Source: Holophagaceae bacterium
Lineage (GTDB): Bacteria > Acidobacteriota > Holophagae > Holophagales > Holophagaceae
Direction: 5' to 3'
Assembly (NCBI GenBank): GCA_025358435.1
Contig: JANYJQ010000052.1
Span: 1-59,219 of the forward strand
Length of the DNA: 59,219 nucleotides
A program made the translations under genes and the position numbers. Shown here piece by piece: positions 18,968-29,149 of the stretch. A model generated the notes under the pieces. That model was not told the DNA's origin, ran no database searches, and was given only the letters and a program-made list of their open reading frames with translations. The stretch's first letter is position 1. The number at the start of each line of letters is the position of its first letter.

Positions 18968-20341
18968 ATGTTCGATTCCCTCACTGAAAAATTAAGCAAG
19001 GCCATGAAGACCCTCCGGGGCCAGTCGAAGCTCACGGAATCCAATATCGACGAGGCCTTGCGGGAAGTCCGCATGGCCCTGCTTGAAGCCGACGTGCATG
19101 TGGCAGTGGCGCGGACCTTCCTTGGCCGAGTGAAAGAAAAAGCGCTCGGCGCCGAAGTGCTCCAAGGGCTGAATCCCGGCCAGGCTTTCATCGACATCGT
19201 CCACAAGGAGCTTGTGGAGATCATGGGCGGCCAGGCGGATGAAAAGCCGCTGAACTTCGCTACCCAGCCGCCCACGGTGGTGATGGTGGTGGGCCTTCAG
19301 GGCGCAGGCAAGACGACTACCTGCGGCAAGCTGGCGAAATTCCTGAAGAAGAACGGCAGCTCGCCCTTGCTGGTGCCGGCGGATGTCTATCGCCCCGCCG
19401 CCATCGAACAGTTGCATGTGGTCGCCAAGGATGCGGGCATCCCGAGCTTCCATCACGAAAACAAAGACCCCATCGAGATTTGCACGGCGGCGGTGAAAGA
19501 AGCCAGGATTAAGGGCTGGGATGTGGTGATCCTGGATACCGCGGGACGCCTGCATCTGGATGAAACCTTGATGGCGGAGCTCTCCCGGATCAAGGCCGCT
19601 TGCGAACCCTCCGAGATTCTTTTCGTTGCCGATGCCATGACGGGCCAGGACGCCGTGAGATCGGCCGGGTCCTTCCACGAGCAGTTAGGCATCACGGGCG
19701 TCATCCTCACCAAGACGGACGGAGACACCCGTGGCGGTGCGGCTTTCAGCATTAAGCAGGCCACGGGCCAGCCCATCAAGTTCCTGGGGTCGGGCGAGAA
19801 GCTCGATGACCTGGAGCGCTTCCATCCCGATCGCATGGCCCAGCGCATCCTTGGCATGGGCGATGTGCTGAGCTTGATCGAGCACGCCAAGGACAAGATC
19901 GACGAGAAAGATGCCGAGCGCCTGGCCAACCGCATGGCCAAGAACCAGTTCACGCTCGAAGACATGCGCCAGCAGTTCCAGCAGGTTTCGAAACTGGGCA
20001 GCATGACCAAGATCATGGGCATGCTGCCGCTGCCCGGCGTTTCCAAAGAGCAGAAGGAACAGATGGCGAACCTGGCCACTGACAAGCGCATGAAGCACCT
20101 GACAGCGATTCTGGATTCCATGACGCCCATGGAACGGGCCAACCACAACCTGCTGGATGCCAAGCGCAAACGCCGGGTGGCCGGCGGTTCAGGCCGCTCC
20201 GTGCAGGAAGTGAATCAATTGATCAAGCAGTACCTGGAAATGAAAAAAATGATGACCCAGATGAACGACCCGAAATTCATGTCCAGGATGCAGCGCATGG
20301 CCGGGGCCATAAAGGGTGGTGGCATGGGGATGCCGTTCTGA
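18968..20341 (+). CDS. ffh: Signal recognition particle protein Ffh (SRP54)
   Basis: MFDSLTEKLSKAMKTLRG N-terminus. GTPase motifs GLQGAGKTTTCGKLA, DTAGRL, TKTDGD. Met-rich M domain. Confidence 0.95.
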   Translation: MFDSLTEKLSKAMKTLRGQSKLTESNIDEALREVRMALLEADVHVAVARTFLGRVKEKALGAEVLQGLNPGQAFIDIVHKELVEIMGGQADEKPLNFATQPPTVVMVVGLQGAGKTTTCGKLAKFLKKNGSSPLLVPADVYRPAAIEQLHVVAKDAGIPSFHHENKDPIEICTAAVKEARIKGWDVVILDTAGRLHLDETLMAELSRIKAACEPSEILFVADAMTGQDAVRSAGSFHEQLGITGVILTKTDGDTRGGAAFSIKQATGQPIKFLGSGEKLDDLERFHPDRMAQRILGMGDVLSLIEHAKDKIDEKDAERLANRMAKNQFTLEDMRQQFQQVSKLGSMTKIMGMLPLPGVSKEQKEQMANLATDKRMKHLTAILDSMTPMERANHNLLDAKRKRRVAGGSGRSVQEVNQLIKQYLEMKKMMTQMNDPKFMSRMQRMAGAIKGGGMGMPF

Positions 20342-20411
20342 GGTGGTGAGGCATGGGGTGGCGAGGTTGTGGGGTTGTCTCGCGGCGCCTACGGCGCGCT
20401 GTTGAAATGGC

Positions 20412-20438
20412 GCGGCCCCACCGGGCCGCTTCGATCTT
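20412..20438 (+). terminator. Hairpin after ffh (GCGGCCC-CACC-GGGCCGC) with a weak T-tract
   Basis: Perfect 7-bp GC stem followed by TTCGATCTT. It is nested inside longer inverted repeats. Confidence 0.35.
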
Positions 20439-20535
20439 AAACCTCACTGCTTTACCCCTCGCCACCTCGCCACCCGGAATTTCCCCTTGGGAAATCTCCA
20501 ATCCCGGGATAAACTGATCCGCTCAAGGAGTGCCC

Positions 20536-20778
20536 ATGCTTTCCATCCGTCTAGCCCGTAACGGCGCCAAGAAGCGCCCCTTCTACCACATCGTCGTCAG
20601 CGAGAACGATCGCATCCCCACGGGTCAGGCCATCGAGGTGCTGGGTTTTGTGAACCCCATCGCAGGTTCCGGCGAGACGGTCCGCATCGACGCCGACAAG
20701 GCCAAGGCCTGGATCGCCAAAGGCGCCAGCCCTTCCAAGACGGTGGTGGACCTCTTCAAGAAGCACGCGATTATCTAA
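20536..20778 (+). CDS. rpsP: 30S ribosomal protein S16
   Basis: MLSIRLARNGAKKRPFYHIVV. AAGGAG lies 5 nt upstream of the ATG at 20536. Confidence 0.95.
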   Translation: MLSIRLARNGAKKRPFYHIVVSENDRIPTGQAIEVLGFVNPIAGSGETVRIDADKAKAWIAKGASPSKTVVDLFKKHAII

Positions 20779-20800
20779 GCTTTTCAACCAAAGCATCTTG

Positions 20801-20847
20801 AAACCGGGCCCGTCTGCACATGGTGCACAATCGGGTCCGGTTTTTTT
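20801..20847 (+). terminator. Strong intrinsic terminator or attenuator between rpsP and the KH-domain gene
   Basis: AAACCGGGCCCG ... CGGGTCCGGTTT long stem, with an inner TGCAC-ATG-GTGCA, followed by T7. Confidence 0.7.
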
Positions 20848-20859
20848 AGTGGGGACGTC

Positions 20860-21165
20860 ATGACCGCAGATTTCGAAGCCTTCCTCAAAGATGTCCTGAG
20901 CCCCATGATCGACCATCCGGAAGCTCTGCGCATCGAGGTCCGTGAGGCTGGCAAGAAACGCGAGGTGATGATTTTCGCCGAGCAAGCGGATCGCGGACGC
21001 ATCATCGGCAAGAGCGGGCGCATGATCTCATCGCTGCGCACTCTGGTGCAGGCAGCGGGCGAGAAGCATGGCCTTCTCGTGAACCTTGAGCTATTCGACG
21101 AAGACGATAAGGACAGGCTGCGGCGACCTCGAGCTGACCATCCTGCATCCTCAACGGAAGCCTGA
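20860..21165 (+). CDS. KH-domain RNA-binding protein (YlqC/UPF0109 family)
   Basis: Typical layout: PEALRIEVREAGKKREVMIFAEQADRGRIIGKSGRMISSLRTLV. Sits between rpsP and rimM, as in Bacillus. Confidence 0.85.
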   Translation: MTADFEAFLKDVLSPMIDHPEALRIEVREAGKKREVMIFAEQADRGRIIGKSGRMISSLRTLVQAAGEKHGLLVNLELFDEDDKDRLRRPRADHPASSTEA

Positions 21166-21707
21166 TGCTGCTGCTGGGCCACTTGGCGAAAGTGCAGGGA
21201 TTGAAGGGTGAATTCCTGTTCCATTCGCTCATGGATGAGCCCGGGCGGCTGCCCACGTTGGATGGCCTGGTGCTGGCGCCTCCATCCCTGAACTTGGAGG
21301 GGACGGCCAGCCCGGAGCCTCCCGCCAGAAATATCAAAGTGAGTCTGTTCCGTTGGCAACAGGAGCGCCCTTGCGTGGCCTTTGAAGGCATTCCGGACCG
21401 CACGGCGGCCGAGCCCTTCAAGGGCTGGGCGCTATGGATGCCGGAGACGCTGGCAACCAAGGCGGCAGGTGAAAGTTTCCGGCACGAATGGATCGGCTGC
21501 GGTGTTTTCTCAGGCGGCCAAAAAATAGGCGAGGTCGTGTATCTTTCCCCCACACCCATGGGCTATGACATGGTGATGATCCGGGATCTGCGCCCTGGCC
21601 GCGCGGGCCTGCGCGAAGTCCCTTACATCAAAGCTTGGTGGAACGTGGATCTGGACAATCAACACCTGGATCTGGATGGACCGCCAGGAATCCTGGATCT
21701 CCAATAG
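21165..21707 (+). CDS. rimM: 16S rRNA processing protein RimM
   Basis: LLLGHLAKVQGLKGEF N-terminus and a PRC-barrel-like C-terminus. TGATG overlap with the KH gene. Confidence 0.85.
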   Translation: MLLLGHLAKVQGLKGEFLFHSLMDEPGRLPTLDGLVLAPPSLNLEGTASPEPPARNIKVSLFRWQQERPCVAFEGIPDRTAAEPFKGWALWMPETLATKAAGESFRHEWIGCGVFSGGQKIGEVVYLSPTPMGYDMVMIRDLRPGRAGLREVPYIKAWWNVDLDNQHLDLDGPPGILDLQ

Positions 21708-21720
21708 CGCCGCACCTAAC

Positions 21721-21741
21721 TTTCGACTCTTGACTCTCGAC
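21721..21741. repeat. Heptamer tandem repeat, copy A (TTTCGAC TCTTGAC TCTCGAC)
   Basis: Three consecutive 7-mers directly after the rimM stop. Same family as 28541-28626 and 35255-35288. Confidence 0.7.
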
Positions 21742-21855
21742 CTACAGCCTGTGACCCTGCTCACGGATTAGCCTGCATCACTTGAAGGCGCGAGTTAACA
21801 GGGTGAAGCTATAGAAGCTTCCAGATGGAAAGTCTGGAATGGCTCTGGAGTTCCT

Positions 21856-25440
<3,585 letters not shown>

Positions 25441-25449
25441 GGGAACATC

Positions 25450-26451
25450 ATGGATCTATCCACAACCTACCTCGGTTTGTCACTGCCGCATCCACTCATG
25501 GCCGGTGCATCTCCGCTGGTGGATGACCTGGACGCAGTCCGGGAATTGGAGGACGCAGGCAGCGCCGCCATCGTGATGCACTCGCTCTTCGAAGAACAGA
25601 TCGAACGCGAGTATGTCGGGACCATGCGGGACCTGGAACTGCATGCGAACGCCAACCCCGAAGGCCTGTCGTATCTTCCAGAACCCAGCGAGTTCAAGCT
25701 GGGCCCAAGCGCCTACCTGGAACAAATCCATCGCATCAAAGAAGCCGTGTCGGTGCCCGTCATCGCCTCTCTGAACGGCACCACCGCCACCGGATGGCTG
25801 GACGGCGCCAGGCTCATGGAACAGGCTGGCGCCGATGCCTTGGAATTGAATGTCTACGAGATCGCCACAGACCCCCTGCAAACCGCTGAAGTCCTTGAGC
25901 AGCGGATCGTAGACATGGTGCGAGCCGTAAAGACCCGCGTGAAGATCCCTGTCGCGATTAAGCTTTCCCCCTTCTTCAGCTCTCTGCCGAACTTCGCCCA
26001 AAAGCTCCAGGCCGCCGGAGCCGATGGCCTGGTGCTGTTCAACCGGATACTCATGCCTGATTTTGATCTGGAGCAGTTGGAACTGGTGCCCAAGCTCCTG
26101 CTTTCCAAGTCCACCGAATTGCCGCTTCGACTGAACGCGCTGGCGATTCTGCATGGCCAGTTCAAGGGAAGCCTGGCCTGCAGCGGAGGCGTCCACGATT
26201 CCTCCGACGCAGTGAAAGCGGTCTTCGCGGGCGCCTCATGCGTTCAGGTGGTTTCCACCCTGCTCCAGCACGGACCTTCCTATCTTCAGACCCTTCGCGA
26301 AGGCATGGAGGAGTGGCTGGAGCAGCACGAATATGAAAGCCTGCGCCAAGGCCTCGGCAGCATGAGCCTGGCAAAAGTCCCCAATCCCCACGCCTTCCAT
26401 CGCGCCAGCTACATGCGGGTGCTGCAAGGCTGGCGGCCTGAGTCGGCCTAA
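25450..26451 (+). CDS. Dihydroorotate dehydrogenase-like (class 1 DHOD-fold TIM barrel) protein
   Basis: MDLSTTYLGLSLPHPLMAGASPL N-terminus and a DHOD-like beta/alpha pattern. Starts 10 nt after the nifJ stop. Confidence 0.75.
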   Translation: MDLSTTYLGLSLPHPLMAGASPLVDDLDAVRELEDAGSAAIVMHSLFEEQIEREYVGTMRDLELHANANPEGLSYLPEPSEFKLGPSAYLEQIHRIKEAVSVPVIASLNGTTATGWLDGARLMEQAGADALELNVYEIATDPLQTAEVLEQRIVDMVRAVKTRVKIPVAIKLSPFFSSLPNFAQKLQAAGADGLVLFNRILMPDFDLEQLELVPKLLLSKSTELPLRLNALAILHGQFKGSLACSGGVHDSSDAVKAVFAGASCVQVVSTLLQHGPSYLQTLREGMEEWLEQHEYESLRQGLGSMSLAKVPNPHAFHRASYMRVLQGWRPESA

Positions 26452-26462
26452 AGATAAAAACA

Positions 26463-26526
26463 CTACGCGCGCATTTTTGCCTCGAAATCGCCGAAAGGCG
26501 ATTTCGAGGCAAGGTTCCGCGCGTAG
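26463..26526. terminator. Long perfect hairpin in a convergent spacer (likely bidirectional terminator)
   Basis: TGCCTCGAAATCGCC-GAAA-GGCGATTTCGAGGCA (15-bp stem, GAAA loop), flanked by an outer CTACGCGCG ... CGCGCGTAG pairing. Confidence 0.7.
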
Positions 26527-26549
26527 TCAGTTGGTTTATCTGAACCACT

Positions 26550-28328
26550 TCACCTGATTGAAATATCCATGGGCATCCGGGCGTACACGCCTTTGGGATC
26601 ATTCAGGGAGGTGAGCATCTTCACCTGGCGCTGGAATTCGGCCATCACCTGTTCCGCGGGACCCTTGGCGAGTTTGCGCTGCTTCTCTCCACCCAGGGCT
26701 TCCATCAATTTCTCGAGGGGCTTTTTCGAGACGCCGGGACCATCCACGCGGTAGTCATTTTCGATCTTGGCTTTCTTGGCGGCGTAGCGGATGGCGTCCT
26801 CGAGGCCGCCCAGCTCATCCACCAGCTTCAGTTTCAGAGCTTCCTGACCGCTCCACACGCGACCCTGGGCGATCTCATTCACATCGGCCTTAGGTATGTG
26901 GCGGCTCTCGGAAACCTTGGACAGGAACTGATCGTAGATGAAATCCACAACGCCCTGGATGCGGGCCAGTTCGAATTCGGATTTAGGCCGGGCCAGGGTC
27001 ATGGGGTTGGCCAGTTTGCTGGTGGCGACTTCGTCCCAAGTGATGCCGTGCTCATTGGCGAGCTTCTTCACATTGGGCAGCAGGCCGAACACGCCAATGG
27101 AGCCGGTGATGGTGTTGGGTTCGGCGAAGATGCGGTCGCCGTAGGTGCTAATCCAGTAGCCACCCGAGGCCGCGACGTAGCCCATGGAGATGATCACGGG
27201 CTTCTCTTTCTTGGTGAGGATCACTTCCCGCTGGATCAGATCGCTGGCGGATGCGCTGCCCCCGGGACTGTTGACCCGCATCACCACGGCCTTCACGTTC
27301 TTGTCCAGGCGGAGCTTGCGGAGCTCCCGCGCCAGCTTGTCGCCGCCGACCTGGCTGCCGTCGCCATCGCCATCCACGATCTCGCCCTCGGCATAGATGA
27401 GCGCGATGCGGTTCTTACCCTTCTGGGGTTCGGCCGGCAGGCCCGCGTATTCATCCATGGAAACCTGCGGGAATTCCTTGTCCTTGGCGGTCTTCCCTGC
27501 CAACGATTTCAATTGGTCCAGCACTTCATCCTCAGCAGCGATCTGGTCCACTAGACCTGCGGTTTTGGCCTCGGCCGCCAGCAATATCCCCTGCTCATCG
27601 GCAATCTTCTGGATGTCCTCGGCGCTCTTGTGGCGATTTTTAGCAATGCTGCCCTTCCATTCGTCCCAAATGTCACCCAAATACTTGGCGGTCTGCTCGC
27701 GGTTGGCGTCGCTCATCTTGTCGAGCACAAAGGGCTCCACAGCACTCTTGTACTTGCCCACACGCGTGACCTGCACCTCGATGCCATATTTCTGGAAAGC
27801 ACCGCCGAAGAACATGGGCTGGGATGCAATGCCCGTCATTTCCATCTCGCCAAAAGGATTGACGATGACCTTCCCGGTACCTGCGCACAGATAGTAGGCC
27901 CGCTTGCCCCAGCCCACGTTGTAGGCCACGACCGGCTTTCCGCTCGCCGTGAAGCGCTGGATGGCTTCCTTCAATTCCTTCAATGCCGCCGGCCCGGATC
28001 CATAGCCTGTGGACTCCGGATTGCCGGTGAGATAGAGCGCCGCGATGCGCTTGTCCGCGGCAGCGCGGTCCAGCGCCTTGATGAGCGTATAGAGCGGCGT
28101 GGCATTTTCGCGGCCGCTCAATGCCTGCCGCAGGGCCTCTCCCGGTTCAGCATCACGCACCGAATCAGGAATATTGGTGCTGAGATCGAAGACAAGCACG
28201 GCCTTATCGGGCACCACGGTCTTGGATCCGCCTGCGGCGGCAAGGGCAATGAACAGAATGAAAAATGCGCCGCTGAAGATCGCCAGTGCCAACAGCGAGG
28301 CAAAGAGATGCTTGAAGAAATCCTTCAT
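26550..28328 (-). CDS. sppA: Signal peptide peptidase SppA, 67K type (two S49 domains)
   Basis: N-terminal TM segment (MKDFFKHLFASLLALAIFSGAFFILF) and tandem S49 domains (MGYVAASGGYWIS). The start is taken at the Met at 28328. Confidence 0.9.
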   Translation of the reverse strand: MKDFFKHLFASLLALAIFSGAFFILFIALAAAGGSKTVVPDKAVLVFDLSTNIPDSVRDAEPGEALRQALSGRENATPLYTLIKALDRAAADKRIAALYLTGNPESTGYGSGPAALKELKEAIQRFTASGKPVVAYNVGWGKRAYYLCAGTGKVIVNPFGEMEMTGIASQPMFFGGAFQKYGIEVQVTRVGKYKSAVEPFVLDKMSDANREQTAKYLGDIWDEWKGSIAKNRHKSAEDIQKIADEQGILLAAEAKTAGLVDQIAAEDEVLDQLKSLAGKTAKDKEFPQVSMDEYAGLPAEPQKGKNRIALIYAEGEIVDGDGDGSQVGGDKLARELRKLRLDKNVKAVVMRVNSPGGSASASDLIQREVILTKKEKPVIISMGYVAASGGYWISTYGDRIFAEPNTITGSIGVFGLLPNVKKLANEHGITWDEVATSKLANPMTLARPKSEFELARIQGVVDFIYDQFLSKVSESRHIPKADVNEIAQGRVWSGQEALKLKLVDELGGLEDAIRYAAKKAKIENDYRVDGPGVSKKPLEKLMEALGGEKQRKLAKGPAEQVMAEFQRQVKMLTSLNDPKGVYARMPMDISIR

Positions 28329-28451
28329 GGTCTGCTCCCCTGGGGTGGAAATGGGTTCCCTGAAAACCCCAATCTTCCAGTATGACGTGATGCCCAAGGC
28401 GGGTCGCCGCCAAATGGCTGTGGGGTGTGGGAAGTCGGCAAGTTGAAGAGT

Positions 28452-28626
28452 CGAAAAGTTGAAGAGTTGAAAAGTCGAAGAGTTGAAGAGTCGAGTGTTG
28501 AAGTGTCCGGTTTCCGTCGTATCAGATTTTCTCGGCTTTCGACCCGCAACCCTCGACTCTTGGCTCTTGATTCTCGACCTCTTAACTACTTAACTTCTCG
28601 ACTCAGCACTCAGAACCCGGGACCCA
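28452..28626. repeat. Inverted pair of short tandem-repeat arrays (8 x 8-mer GTYGAAGA/GTYGAAAA, then 12 x 7-8-mer TCTYGAC-type units)
   Basis: 28452-28515 contains eight contiguous 8-mers. 28541-28626 contains CTCGGCT TTCGAC CCGCAAC CCTCGAC TCTTGGC TCTTGAT TCTCGAC CTCTTAAC TACTTAAC TTCTCGAC TCAGCAC TCAGAAC. The left array is the reverse complement of the right type. 28496-28510 pairs with 28557-28571 at 14 of 15 positions. Confidence 0.8.
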
Positions 28627-28679
28627 GGCCCAGGATCTGGAAATAGCGTATACTGAGTCTCTGTCAAGGAGCACCCAGA

Positions 28680-29108
28680 ATGTCCAATTATCCCGAACAC
28701 ATGGTGGCCCCGATGCGTGAAGAGCTCACTCAGATCGGCTTTGAACACCTGCTGAATCCCGCGCAGGTGGAGCAGGCGCTGCAGCGCTCTGGCACCACAC
28801 TGCTGGTGGTGAACAGTGTGTGCGGCTGTGCCGCCGCTGGGGCCCGGCCTGGCCTGACCTTGGCACTCAAGGAGAAGGGCCTGAAATTCGATCATCTAGT
28901 CACGGTTTTCGCCGGGATGGAAAAGGAAGCCACCCAGGCCGCCCGGGAATACTTCGAGGGCGCCGCCCCCAGCTCGCCCCAGGCCGCCATCCTGAAGGAT
29001 GGGCAGCTCCTCCACCTGCTCCAGCGCACGGATTTCCTGGGCCATGAACCTGAAGAAATCGCCGCGACCCTCGAATCGGCCTACAAGCAGTCCCTCGTTA
29101 CGGTTTAA
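28680..29108 (+). CDS. Bacilliredoxin (BrxA/BrxB, YphP/YqiW, DUF1094 family)
   Basis: Near-diagnostic block TTLLVVNSVCGCAAAGARP with the CGC redox motif, plus VTVFAGMEKEATQAAREYF, as in B. subtilis YphP. Confidence 0.85.
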   Translation: MSNYPEHMVAPMREELTQIGFEHLLNPAQVEQALQRSGTTLLVVNSVCGCAAAGARPGLTLALKEKGLKFDHLVTVFAGMEKEATQAAREYFEGAAPSSPQAAILKDGQLLHLLQRTDFLGHEPEEIAATLESAYKQSLVTV

Positions 29109-29149
29109 GAAGCCAGGGGAAGCTCTTTTCTGGATGTACCTTCAGAATT

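Noticed and set aside
28452-28626. The repeat arrays considered as a CRISPR array.
   Set aside because: The units are only 7-8 nt and contiguous, with no unique spacers. There are no cas genes in the window.
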